A stretch of DNA of 64,000 nt, taken from NCBI GenBank assembly GCA_052390515.1, contig JBQTGV010000005.1, positions 1 to 64,000 of the forward strand, given 5' to 3'. Source of the DNA: Candidatus Eiseniibacteriota bacterium (GTDB taxonomy: Bacteria; ARS69). The notes under the pieces were generated by a model. That model searched no databases and was not told where the DNA came from. It worked only from the letters and a program-made list of their open reading frames with translations. The first letter of the stretch is position 1. Each line of letters starts with the position of its first letter. The position numbers and the translations under genes were made by a program. Shown piece by piece: positions 48,791 through 58,252 of this stretch.

Positions 48791-50370
48791 CCGGCGGCCT
48801 CCACCCGGCGCCAGACCGTGACCGTGGCGAACGGGTACAGCCAGTCGTGCGGGGCGAAGCTCCGCCCGAAGATCCGTCGCTCGCGCGGCGGGATGCGCTC
48901 AAAGACGGCCGCCGGGCGGTAGTCGGCGCGGAGCTCGCGCAGGAATCCGAGGGCCGCGGGAACCCCGGTGCGCTCCTCCTCGCGGTGCTCGAACTCGCTC
49001 AGGACGAAGAACTCGGGAGCGTTCCGCTCCAGCGCCGTGACGTTCCACCCGCGGAACACGACGAAGCGGTACCGGCCGCGCTCCGCCTCGTAGGCCGCGA
49101 ACGTCTCGTACGCGTCGTCGCCGCCGTTCCACGGCGTGATGGCGGCGGTGTAGTGCCACGGCGTCTTGGCCAGCCCGACACCCGCGCCGTTCGGCGCGTT
49201 CGCCTGCATCCACTCCGCCGCCGCCGTGCGCGGGTCGGTGGCGGCGAACGCCGCCTGCTGGCGACCGGTCAGCATCACGAGCGACGCCAGCACGATCGCG
49301 AGCACGCCACGCCGCGCACCCCCGTGCCGCACGGCCGCGGTGCCGTGCGCGGCTGCGACGGCCAGCACCGGCGCGAGCGGCAGCAGGTAACGGAGGAAGC
49401 GCACCTCGGACGCGCCGAGCAGCGCGAAGTACGCCGACGCGAACGCCAGCACGACGAGGTCCGCGGCGCTTCGCCGCCGAGCGAGCAGCACGAGCCCCGC
49501 GCCGCCGGCCAGCGCGAGGGGTACGCCGGCGACGTACGGAAGGTTCGCGGTCAGGTGGTACCACCAGCCGTTGCCGGTCTGAGCGAAGACCTCGCCGTGT
49601 CCGCTGCGCGCGTGCTCGAACAGCTCGAACCCGACGTCCTCGCGGAACGCGGCGAAGTCCAGCACGGCGTATGGAGTGGCGAGCACGAAGGCGGCGAGCG
49701 CCGCGAGGCACGCCGCCCCGGCACGGCGCAGCTTCCGCCCGGCGTCACCCGCTGCGCCGGCGCGGCCCACCGCGACGGCGACCACCGGCGCGAGCAGGAC
49801 GATGCCCGCGTTGTACTTCGTCGCCGCGGCGAGCCCGGCGGCGGCTCCGGCAAGCGCGGCGCTCTTCGCCGAGGGCGTCTCCGCCACGCGTACCGCCAGG
49901 ATGAGCGTGAGCGTGGTGAGGAACGCCGCCGGCACGTCCACCGTCGCGAAGGCCGAGTGCAGCACGTGTCCGGGCATCAGCGCGAGGAAGGACGCGGCCA
50001 CCCACGCGGCGCGCTCTCCGGAAAGCGCCCGCGAGAGCTTCGCCACGAGCACCACCGTTCCGGCGGCGAACGCCAGCGTGATCAGCCGCGCGATCACGTG
50101 CGTGCCGACGACGGTCTTCACGAATCCGGCGGCGTGCAGCGGCCAGGCGAGCAGCCACGTGAGATAGATGGTCGCGCTCCCGTAGTGGAAGAAGCGCGGG
50201 TTCAGGTCGCCCGTGTTGAGCATGCCGTTCACCGTGCCGGCGACGGAGAACTCGTCCGGATGGTACGAGAAGAAGTGCGTCTCGTCGGGCAGACCCCAGC
50301 CGAGCCCGGCCGCCCGCGCGAGGACGGCGAGTCCCACGATCCCGAGCGCGGCCCCGCCCGGCTTCTTCAA
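48787..50370 (-). CDS. GT39/PMT_2-like membrane glycosyltransferase
   Basis: TTG 50370 overlapping the upstream stop; WGLP..YHPDE, LNPRFFHYG, ATVD, GLAAATKYN, RFLRYLLP. Confidence 0.85.
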   Translation of the reverse strand: MKKPGGAALGIVGLAVLARAAGLGWGLPDETHFFSYHPDEFSVAGTVNGMLNTGDLNPRFFHYGSATIYLTWLLAWPLHAAGFVKTVVGTHVIARLITLAFAAGTVVLVAKLSRALSGERAAWVAASFLALMPGHVLHSAFATVDVPAAFLTTLTLILAVRVAETPSAKSAALAGAAAGLAAATKYNAGIVLLAPVVAVAVGRAGAAGDAGRKLRRAGAACLAALAAFVLATPYAVLDFAAFREDVGFELFEHARSGHGEVFAQTGNGWWYHLTANLPYVAGVPLALAGGAGLVLLARRRSAADLVVLAFASAYFALLGASEVRFLRYLLPLAPVLAVAAAHGTAAVRHGGARRGVLAIVLASLVMLTGRQQAAFAATDPRTAAAEWMQANAPNGAGVGLAKTPWHYTAAITPWNGGDDAYETFAAYEAERGRYRFVVFRGWNVTALERNAPEFFVLSEFEHREEERTGVPAALGFLRELRADYRPAAVFERIPPRERRIFGRSFAPHDWLYPFATVTVWRRVEAAG

Positions 50371-52583
50371 GGGAGTCCCCGACCCCGCCGGAGCGCCCAC
50401 TCCCCGCCGAGCAGCGCGAGCAGCGCGAGGAACACCAGAGGCTGCTCTTGGAACGGCCACTCCTTCACGGATTGCTCCACGACGGGCTCCAGGTCCAGGA
50501 GCTCCGGCAGCTCATCGAGCGCCGACAGCTCGAGGAACCGTCCCCCCGACTCCTGCGAGATCTGCTGCAGCATGGCGAAGTCCGGCGCCGGATCCTCGAA
50601 CTCCAGCCGGTAGGGAGCCACGGTCATCTCCGAGCGATCCTCGCCGAGCTCGGCGCCTCCGGCGCTCGCAGCGCCGTCGACGCGATAGTCGCCCGGCGGA
50701 AGGCCGGGCAGGGTCCCGCGGTACCGTCCGCCTCCGACATCCGGCAGCGAGATCTCCCGCGCTCGCTCGTCTTCGGTCCCGAGCGGACCGAGCACGGTCG
50801 CGCGCACGTCGGCTCCTTCGATCGGGCGAAAGTCGTCGTCGTACACCTGACCCTCGATGATCACCGTCTCGGCACCGTCGAAAAGGCTCTTGCCGGGGCG
50901 GACCAGCACCTGCTTCAGCTCGTCGCGGGCGACGAGCCAGCGTACGCTCCGCGACACCAGGTGCCGGAACGCGTCTCCCGGACGGCCCGTCCCCCAGAGA
51001 TACAGATCCCATCTCCAGTACGGGCCGCCGGCCACGGCCAGCACGCGGCCGCGCCCGGTCTCCAGCGTCGTGACCAGGGGCATCTCCTCCCGTGCCGCTC
51101 CGTCCAGCTCGCCCAGGACGAGAGTGCGCGCCTCCGGCCGGCGGCGGAGGAACATCGGCGCCTCGGCGAGCGGAGGCAGCTCGCTCCACAGGCGTGCGTT
51201 CGCCGCCTCGTCGTCGGCGAGCGTCGTCACCGGATGCGTGCGCCCGGATTGCGTGAGCCGCGGCAGGACCTGGCCGCGCCGGGGCCGGGACATGGGCTCG
51301 GACACGAACGGCATCAGCTCGGCGAGCGGGCTGCCGGTCAGGTCGAACGCGCGGGCCGATCCCGTCACCAGGAGCGCGCCTCCGCGCTCGCTGACGAAGC
51401 GCGCCAGATTCGCGGAGTTCGTGGAGCCGAGATCCGAGGCGGCCATGTCGGAGAGCACCACCAGATCGTACCGCGCGAGATCGGCGTAGCGCGTCGGGAA
51501 GGCCTTGCCGCGCCGGCCCAGGGCTCCCTCGAAACCCGTCAGGGACTGTACGGTCGCGTCGACCTGGAGGGAAACATCGGCCTCCAGCGCGCGCTTCAGG
51601 AACGTCAGGTCGAACGTCGGGCGGGAGGCGGCGAGCAGCACGCGGATCTTCTCGCGCAGCACTCGCACCGCGAAGAGGTGCTCGTTGTTGGACGCGGAGA
51701 TCTCGCCCTCCTGCGGCCTCGTCCACACGCGATAGACGTGGAGGCCCTCCTCGTGCGGCACGTACTCGAGGTCCACGCCGGCCTCGATCCCGCCTCCGGG
51801 AAGGTCGACCGTCGCCGAGTCGATCACCGCGTCCCCTTCGGACAGATAGACGCGGACTCCGGGCGCGGCATCGCCGCGGGCGCGGATCTTCGCCTCCACC
51901 GGAACGACGTTGTCCAGGTACGACACGCCCGAGGCGATCACGTCGAACACCGACAGATCCGTGACCGGACCGGAGCTTCCCACGCCGACCGTGTAGACGG
52001 GAACGGCCAGACGTCGCGCTTCGGCGCGGGGATCGGCGCCGACGTTGCGCGATCCGTCGGACAGCATGACCACGGCGCCGGTCCGGCTGCGCAGCCCGCC
52101 CACGCCGTCGGCCAGCGCGCCGGCGAGGTCGGTGCGATCCTCGCGCGGGACGAGATCCATCTCGCCGTCCTCGCCGGTGAGCGGCTCCACCGAGCCGCCG
52201 AAGCGGTACGCGTCCACGCGCCCCTCGCCCTGCAGCGCCTCGAGCAGCTCGGTGTCCGCGAGCGCCTTCGCCATGCGCTCCGCGCGGGTCGGCGCCGGAC
52301 CCGCCGTCTCGCCCTCGCCTTCCGGGAACGGGATCGTCATCGAGAGCGACGCGTCGGCGAGCAGCACGATCCGCGGGGGTGCGCGGCGCTCCGCGAAGAA
52401 CGCCAGCACCGGCTCCATCAGCAGCAGCACGACGAGCGCCACGGAGGCGAGCCGCAGGGCGAGCAGCGGAAAGCGCGGCGCGGCGTACAGGCGAAGCGAG
52501 AGCACGAGCAGCACCGCCGCCAGCGCGAGCAGCACCAGCCAGGGCCCGCCGAGCAGCTCCAGCGAGACCGAGGTCGGCGTCAC
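50367..52583 (-). CDS. Membrane-anchored vWA + glutamine-amidotransferase-like domain protein
   Basis: DASLSM MIDAS, TDLAGAL, LSDG, PVYTVGVG; YWRW; SGGRF; terminal EWALRRGRGLP. Confidence 0.8.
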   Translation of the reverse strand: MTPTSVSLELLGGPWLVLLALAAVLLVLSLRLYAAPRFPLLALRLASVALVVLLLMEPVLAFFAERRAPPRIVLLADASLSMTIPFPEGEGETAGPAPTRAERMAKALADTELLEALQGEGRVDAYRFGGSVEPLTGEDGEMDLVPREDRTDLAGALADGVGGLRSRTGAVVMLSDGSRNVGADPRAEARRLAVPVYTVGVGSSGPVTDLSVFDVIASGVSYLDNVVPVEAKIRARGDAAPGVRVYLSEGDAVIDSATVDLPGGGIEAGVDLEYVPHEEGLHVYRVWTRPQEGEISASNNEHLFAVRVLREKIRVLLAASRPTFDLTFLKRALEADVSLQVDATVQSLTGFEGALGRRGKAFPTRYADLARYDLVVLSDMAASDLGSTNSANLARFVSERGGALLVTGSARAFDLTGSPLAELMPFVSEPMSRPRRGQVLPRLTQSGRTHPVTTLADDEAANARLWSELPPLAEAPMFLRRRPEARTLVLGELDGAAREEMPLVTTLETGRGRVLAVAGGPYWRWDLYLWGTGRPGDAFRHLVSRSVRWLVARDELKQVLVRPGKSLFDGAETVIIEGQVYDDDFRPIEGADVRATVLGPLGTEDERAREISLPDVGGGRYRGTLPGLPPGDYRVDGAASAGGAELGEDRSEMTVAPYRLEFEDPAPDFAMLQQISQESGGRFLELSALDELPELLDLEPVVEQSVKEWPFQEQPLVFLALLALLGGEWALRRGRGLP

Positions 52584-53329
52584 GCGCGCAGCTCGCGGGC
52601 CCGCTGCACGAGGCGCGGCAGGATGGAGCCGGAGGGTCCGCGCAGCGACCAGTCGAGCTCGCCGGTCAGCTCCGTCGTCTCGGGATTCACCTCGACGGTG
52701 GACGCTCCCGCGTCACGCGCGGTGAGTGGAAGCCCGGCGGCGGGCCACACCACGCCGGACGTGCCCACCACGAGGCACACGTCCGCTTCCCGGGCATGGC
52801 GCGCGGCCAGCGCGAACGTCTCGGCGGGCAGCAGCTCGCCGAAGAGCACCACGGCGGGGCGGAGAATCCCGCCGCACGCGCACCGCGGCGGGAGCGCCGG
52901 GGCCGGGAAGGGGAACGGATCCACCACGGCGCCGCATCCCGCGAGGCAGCGCGCGCGCCACAGCGAGCCGTGCACCTCGAGAACCTGCGAGGAGCCGGCG
53001 CGCTGGTGGAGGCCGTCGATGTTCTGGGTGATCGTGACGACCTCCTCGAACACGGCCTCCAGCGCCGCGACGGCCTCGTGTCCGGCGTTCGGAGCGACCG
53101 ACTGCACGTGCTCGCGGCGGCGCTCGTAGAACTCCCACACCTTGCGCGGGTTCCGCTCCAGCGCCTCCGGCGTGGCCACCTCTTCGATGGAGTGCTGCTC
53201 CCAGAGCCCGCCCGCGTCGCGGAACGTGGCGACGCCGCTCTCCGCGGAGATCCCGGCGCCGGACACGACCACGACTTTGCGCGCCGAGGCGAGAGCCCGG
53301 GCTGCGTGCTCGAAGTCGTCCACGGTCAT
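52580..53329 (-). CDS. cobB: NAD-dependent protein deacylase (sirtuin)
   Basis: GAGISAESGVATFR, TQNIDGLH, HGSL, CxxxC..CxC, LRPAVVLFGE, GTSGVVWPAA. Confidence 0.95.
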   Translation of the reverse strand: MTVDDFEHAARALASARKVVVVSGAGISAESGVATFRDAGGLWEQHSIEEVATPEALERNPRKVWEFYERRREHVQSVAPNAGHEAVAALEAVFEEVVTITQNIDGLHQRAGSSQVLEVHGSLWRARCLAGCGAVVDPFPFPAPALPPRCACGGILRPAVVLFGELLPAETFALAARHAREADVCLVVGTSGVVWPAAGLPLTARDAGASTVEVNPETTELTGELDWSLRGPSGSILPRLVQRARELRA

Positions 53330-53829
53330 GGTCCCGGATGTTCGGCTGCGGCGCGCACCAGCACCGAGAGGGCGTGGGGGAGGACCGGCGCCAGCGCCGC
53401 GAACATGTCCACGGCACCCTGGGGGCTGCCGGGCAGGTTCACGATCAGCGATCCCGCGCGGAGCCCGGCGACGCCTCGGGAGAGCGGCGCGAAGCGCGAG
53501 CGGGCGAGCGTGGCCGCCCGCGCGTGCTCGGCGAGCCCCGGCGCCTCGCGCTCGATCACCGCGAGCGTCGCCTCGGGGGTGACGTCCCGCGGCGCGAACC
53601 CCGTGCCCCCCGTCGTGAGAATCAGCGGCACGCGCTCCACGTCCGCCAAGCGGATCAGCTCCGCCTCGATCACGGTGCGCTCGTCCGGGACGATGCGTCG
53701 GGCGACGACGTCGAAGCCCGCAGCCCCGGCCGCCTCCGCGAGAGCCGGCCCGGAGCGGTCCTCGCGCTCCCCGCGATGCGAGCGGTCGCTCACGGTGAGC
53801 ACCGCGGCGCGGAACCGCTCGCCGGTCAC
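53326..53829 (-). CDS. mog: MogA/MoaB molybdopterin adenylyltransferase
   Basis: LTVSDR..EDRSG, VPDE, TTGGTGFAPRDVTPEA, NLPGSP; GTG 53829. Confidence 0.92.
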   Translation of the reverse strand: MTGERFRAAVLTVSDRSHRGEREDRSGPALAEAAGAAGFDVVARRIVPDERTVIEAELIRLADVERVPLILTTGGTGFAPRDVTPEATLAVIEREAPGLAEHARAATLARSRFAPLSRGVAGLRAGSLIVNLPGSPQGAVDMFAALAPVLPHALSVLVRAAAEHPGP

Positions 53830-54317
53830 GACCCGCGCTCCGCCTCCGCCTTCCAGTCCCCGGACCTTCCGCCGCGCTTCTCCAGCAGTCGGATCCCCTC
53901 GATGCGCAGGTTCCGATCGACGGCCTTGAGCAGGTCCCAGGCAGTGAGCAGCGACACCGCGACCGCGGTCAGCGCCTCCATCTCCACGCCGGTTCGGGCC
54001 GAGACCACCGCGGTCGCGGCCACGCGCACGCACCCCTCGTCCGGTCGCGGCTCCACCGCGACTTCCACGTGGCTCAGCGGCAGCGAGTGACAAAGCGGGA
54101 TGAGCTCCGCAGTGCGCTTCGCCGCGGCGATCCCCGCGATCTGCACGGCGGGGACGAAGTCGCCCTTGGGCAGGGCGCCTCCGTGGATGCGGCGGATCGT
54201 GTCGGGGGACGCACGGAGGAAGCCCTCGGCCACGGCGATCCGGTCGGTCGACGGCTTCCCGGAGACATCGACCATCCTCACCCGTCCGTCGGGGCCCAGG
54301 TGGGAAAGGTCGCTCAA
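53826..54317 (-). CDS. moaC: Cyclic pyranopterin monophosphate synthase
   Basis: LSH..G.VRMVDVSGK, AAKRTAELIPLCH, TGVEMEALT, KRGGRSG; TTG 54317. Confidence 0.95.
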   Translation of the reverse strand: MSDLSHLGPDGRVRMVDVSGKPSTDRIAVAEGFLRASPDTIRRIHGGALPKGDFVPAVQIAGIAAAKRTAELIPLCHSLPLSHVEVAVEPRPDEGCVRVAATAVVSARTGVEMEALTAVAVSLLTAWDLLKAVDRNLRIEGIRLLEKRGGRSGDWKAEAERGS

Positions 54318-54514
54318 GTCTTGTCCCGTGGCGCCTTGGGGGCCTGCGACTCGCCGCCCTCCTCGCTGGGGCCGCGCAGCTCCTTGCGGAACTCGCGGAT
54401 TCCCTGCCCCATGCCCTTCATGAGGGCGGGGATCTTGGCGCCGCCGAACAGCAGCACGAGGACCAACGCGATGACGACGAGCTCCATGCCGCCCGGCATG
54501 CTGACGAGGACCAA
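54314..54514 (-). CDS. tatA: Twin-arginine translocase subunit TatA/E
   Basis: MPGGMELVVIALVLVLLFGGAKIPALMKGMGQGIREFRK; TTG 54514 with GGGAGG (alternative ATG 54499). Confidence 0.92.
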   Translation of the reverse strand: MVLVSMPGGMELVVIALVLVLLFGGAKIPALMKGMGQGIREFRKELRGPSEEGGESQAPKAPRDKT

Positions 54515-54624
54515 TCGACACCCTCCCTGACCCAGGATCCGCCTTGCCCGGGGCAAGGGCACGGGGCACTCCCTCTGGTGGAGGCCCGCGGGCTCGGCTA
54601 GGTTCGCCGGCCTGAGGAGGAGCG

Positions 54625-56736
54625 ATGTCGTTTCGACCGGGGCGTTGGGCGTGGGTCGCCGCGGCGGTCGCGGGGGCGGTCGTTCAGGGGTGCGACGGCG
54701 GCGGTCCGGACGAGGCGCGGCTCGACGGTCAGGCGGCGGCCTATCGGTCCCGGGCGGAGGCTGCCGAGCAGGGGGGCGACTCCGAGGAGGCGCTCGCGTC
54801 CTTCCGCGACGCGGCGCGTCGCTACCCGACCGAGGCGTGGGCGTGGTCCGGCGCCGGCCGCGCCGCCTCGAGGCTCGGGCGGTTCGACGACGCCGAGCAG
54901 GCCTGGCTGACCGCGGTGCGCTGGGACTCCTCCCTCGTCGCCGAGCGTGTCGCGCTCGCCGAGATCGCGCTGGAGGACGGCCGCGCGGCCGAGGCCGTGG
55001 CCCGGATGGACGAGGCCGTTCGCGCGGGCGGCGAGAGCCCGGAGGCGCTCGCCCTCCGCGGGCTCGCACTGGCCGCGGCCGGTCGGGCGGTCGAGGCCAG
55101 GACCGCGGTGGACCGCGCTCTGGCCCTCGGTCCGGAGAGCATCACCGCACGGATCGCCCGCGCGCGCCTCGCCCTGGCCGGCGGCTCCTCGGAGGAAGCG
55201 GTCGCCGAGCTGGAGCGGCTGGCCGGCGCCCATCCCGAGGACCCCGACGTGCACTCCGCCCTGGCGCGGGGACGGCTCGCCTCCGGCGACGGCGAGGGGG
55301 CGAGGACGGCGCTCGCCCGGGCGCTGGCGCTCGACAGCGGCCGGCCCCCGGACCGGCGGCTTCGCGCCCGCCTGCTGCTCGACTCCGCCGATTTCGACGG
55401 TGCGGCGCGCGAGTTCGCCCGCCTCCTCCGGGACAACCCCCGCGACGCGGTCGCGCTGGAGGGGATCGGCGCCTGCGCGTTCGCGAAGGGCGATCCGGAG
55501 GCGGCGGAGGCTGCGTTCCAGCACGCGATCGAGTCCGCGCCCGAATCGGCCGACGCGCACTTCGCGCTGGCGCGCTTCCGCATTCGACAGGGTCGTTTCG
55601 ACGAGGCCGTGGCGCTGTTGAGGCGCGCGCGAGCCCGCGCGCTCGCCCCGGCACTCCAGGAGCAGATCGACGCCACGCTCGCGGAGGCGTATCTGGCGCT
55701 CGGCGAGCCCCAGAACGCCGCGGCCATCACCGACGGACTGCTGCACAAGAACCCCGCCTCCCCGGCCGGGCGCGCCGTGCTGCTCGCCCACTCGCGGTGG
55801 CTGCTCGAGCACGGCGACGCCGCGCAGGCTCAGGACTTGGCCGGCCGCGCTCTCGCCGCGGACTCGACCGACGCGGAGGCGCTCGTGGCGCGTGCCGAAG
55901 CCTCCGCGGCGCTGGGGCGGACGGCCGAAGCCGAGCGGGAGCTGCGCGCGCTGCTCGCCGCGGGCCGCGGCGGGGCGGCCACCTACCTCGCGCTCGCGCG
56001 GCTGTGCCTCGCCGGTGAGCGGCTCCGCGAAGCGCTCTCCTTTGCGACCGAGGGGGAGCGCCTCGCGCCCGACGAGCCCGACTTCGCCGTGATACGCGGC
56101 TTCGCCGCGATGCAGCAGGGAGACGCCGGCGCCGCCCGCACCGCGTTCGAGCGCGAGCGCGAGCTCCGGCCGGAAAGTCCCAAGCCCTGGATGAATCTGG
56201 GCCAGCTGGAGATGGACGCGGGCGATCCGGCGCGTGCCGCCGAGTGCTTCGCCGAGGCGCAGAAGCGGGATCCGGCCGGCTGGTTCCCGTCGTACCAGCT
56301 CGGCCTCGCACTGGACCGCGCGGGGCGCGCCGCCGAGGCGATCGATGCCTACAAGGCGGTCCTGTCCCGGAACGAGCGGGTCGCCGAGGCGCACAACAAC
56401 CTCGCGTGGCTGCTGGCCGACCGGGAGATCGATCCCGTCCTCGCCGAGGTGCATGCTCGGCGCGCCGTGGAGCTCGCCCCCGACAACGCGAACGTGCTGG
56501 GGACGCTCGGCTGGACGCAGTACCGCAACGGTCTGCTCGACGAGGCGGTCACGTCCCTGGAGAGGGCGAAGAAGCTGGAGCCCCGCGACTCCATGAAGAG
56601 GTACCTGCTCGGCGTCGTTCGCCTGGAACGCGGCGAAGCGGCCGCGGCGCGCGCCGAGCTGACCGAAGCCCTTCGCCTGGACCCGGCGTTCCCCCGCCGG
56701 GAGGACGCCCGCAGGCTGCTCGACCGCCTGGATTGA
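54625..56736 (+). CDS. Long TPR-repeat protein, probable lipoprotein
   Basis: Lipobox-like VQGC; many TPRs; AHNNLAWLL..LGTLGW..Y.LG terminal pattern. Confidence 0.85.
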   Translation: MSFRPGRWAWVAAAVAGAVVQGCDGGGPDEARLDGQAAAYRSRAEAAEQGGDSEEALASFRDAARRYPTEAWAWSGAGRAASRLGRFDDAEQAWLTAVRWDSSLVAERVALAEIALEDGRAAEAVARMDEAVRAGGESPEALALRGLALAAAGRAVEARTAVDRALALGPESITARIARARLALAGGSSEEAVAELERLAGAHPEDPDVHSALARGRLASGDGEGARTALARALALDSGRPPDRRLRARLLLDSADFDGAAREFARLLRDNPRDAVALEGIGACAFAKGDPEAAEAAFQHAIESAPESADAHFALARFRIRQGRFDEAVALLRRARARALAPALQEQIDATLAEAYLALGEPQNAAAITDGLLHKNPASPAGRAVLLAHSRWLLEHGDAAQAQDLAGRALAADSTDAEALVARAEASAALGRTAEAERELRALLAAGRGGAATYLALARLCLAGERLREALSFATEGERLAPDEPDFAVIRGFAAMQQGDAGAARTAFERERELRPESPKPWMNLGQLEMDAGDPARAAECFAEAQKRDPAGWFPSYQLGLALDRAGRAAEAIDAYKAVLSRNERVAEAHNNLAWLLADREIDPVLAEVHARRAVELAPDNANVLGTLGWTQYRNGLLDEAVTSLERAKKLEPRDSMKRYLLGVVRLERGEAAAARAELTEALRLDPAFPRREDARRLLDRLD

Positions 56737-56892
56737 CCCCCGCACCGATCCGGCGTGAGACGCGGGGTGTCGTTCGGGTATGATCCGCACGGCGGCTGGC
56801 AACGACGCACCTCGACGTTCCGGCCCGCGCTCGAGCCGGATGCCGGCATGCTCCGGAGCTCGGCGTGAAAGAGCGAGGGGAGGAGGGACGCG

Positions 56893-57261
56893 GTGGCGAG
56901 AATCCTCGTCGTCGACGACGAAGAGCAGGTTCGCGACATGCTGCAGGAGATGCTGCAGTCCACGGGCCACGACGTACTGGTCGCGTCGAACGGAGATGCA
57001 GCTCTCGAGCTGCTGCGAGAGTCGCGGTGCGACCTCGTCATCGCCGACATCTTCATGCCGGGCAAGACGGGGCTCGACACGATCAAGGAAGTTCACCAGG
57101 AGCATCCAGACGTCAAGATCGTGGCGCTCTCGGGCGGCGGCGGGTTCGATCGCTTCGACGTCCTCGAGATGGCGCCCGACTCCGGCGCGACGGTCACGAT
57201 GAAGAAACCCGTCGACTTGGAAGAACTGGTCATGATCATCCGGAATCTGACGCGCACGTAG
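56893..57261 (+). CDS. Stand-alone response regulator receiver
   Basis: ILVVDDE, ADIFMP, ALSGGG, KKP; GGAGG RBS. Confidence 0.92.
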   Translation: MARILVVDDEEQVRDMLQEMLQSTGHDVLVASNGDAALELLRESRCDLVIADIFMPGKTGLDTIKEVHQEHPDVKIVALSGGGGFDRFDVLEMAPDSGATVTMKKPVDLEELVMIIRNLTRT

Positions 57262-57379
57262 CAACGCACCACCGGCCCCGGGCAATTCCCCCGCCCGGCG
57301 GCCTTTCACTTCCGCTCAAGAGCGACGCGGGACCGCCCGATCCACCCGGGGAACCGGCTCCTCATCCTCGGGCGGCAAC

Positions 57380-58252
57380 ATGGCTCTGTGTCACCGACTC
57401 CTGATCGCTCTCGCCGTGCTTCCCCTCCTCTCCGGCTGCAACAACCTGTGGGAATGGACCGCGGGTGCGGACGGGTACGACGCCCTTCTCGCCGACGGCA
57501 AGGCGGCGCTCCGCGACGGCGACTACGACCTCGCCGTGCAGAAGCTGGGCGACGCCGTCGCGGTGGAGCCGAGCCGCGGCGAGGCCCGCTACTACTATGC
57601 GAAAGCGGCGGTGCTGCAGTCCGGCATCGACGTGGTGGAGATCGTGCAGGCCATCATCGACGCCGACGAGAACGGCGGCGCCGCGGAGATCTTCGCCTTC
57701 GAGACGCCGCTCGCCGACCGCGTGTACCGCGTGAACCGGACGGTGATCGACGCGCTCCTGCCCATCCATGACGGTGCCGCCGACGCCGTCGGACTGGGCA
57801 GCTCCGACGTCGGCCTGGATCTCGCCGTCGCGCACACGCTCCGCGGGATCCTGCGCCTGCGTGACACCAACGGCGACGGAACCATCGACGCGCTCGACCT
57901 GACGGTCAGCGAGTTCTCCCTGGAGGAGGGCGGCGGCTATTCCCTCGAGGGGATCGACAATCTCCCGCCCGACGACTTGAACGCCATGCTCGACGATCTG
58001 AACGCGCTGCTCACCAGCGGCGGGGACCTCGCCAGCGGGACCGGCGGCGTCATCGATCCAGAGGAACTGGACGAGCTGGTGGACTCTCTCGGCGGAGACC
58101 TGTCCGCGTTCTACGTGAACACCGGCGCCCCGGGCAATCCCGGCGAAGGCGACAACGACGGGGACGGCGCGACCGACGAGGAGTGCCTGAACGACCTGGA
58201 CGACGACGGAGACGGCCGCGTGGACGAGGACGCGACGGTGTTCTGCGCATGA
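57380..58252 (+). CDS. Acidic lipoprotein with TPR and DxDxDG Ca-binding-like motifs
   Basis: Lipobox LSGC; one TPR; DTNGDG, DNDGDG, DDDGDG. Confidence 0.8.
   Translation: MALCHRLLIALAVLPLLSGCNNLWEWTAGADGYDALLADGKAALRDGDYDLAVQKLGDAVAVEPSRGEARYYYAKAAVLQSGIDVVEIVQAIIDADENGGAAEIFAFETPLADRVYRVNRTVIDALLPIHDGAADAVGLGSSDVGLDLAVAHTLRGILRLRDTNGDGTIDALDLTVSEFSLEEGGGYSLEGIDNLPPDDLNAMLDDLNALLTSGGDLASGTGGVIDPEELDELVDSLGGDLSAFYVNTGAPGNPGEGDNDGDGATDEECLNDLDDDGDGRVDEDATVFCA

Noticed and set aside
52580-53329. Sirtuin as a Sir2-type anti-phage defence effector
   Set aside because: Canonical short CobB with zinc-binding Cys motifs in a housekeeping operon; no Thoeris, HerA or pAgo partner.
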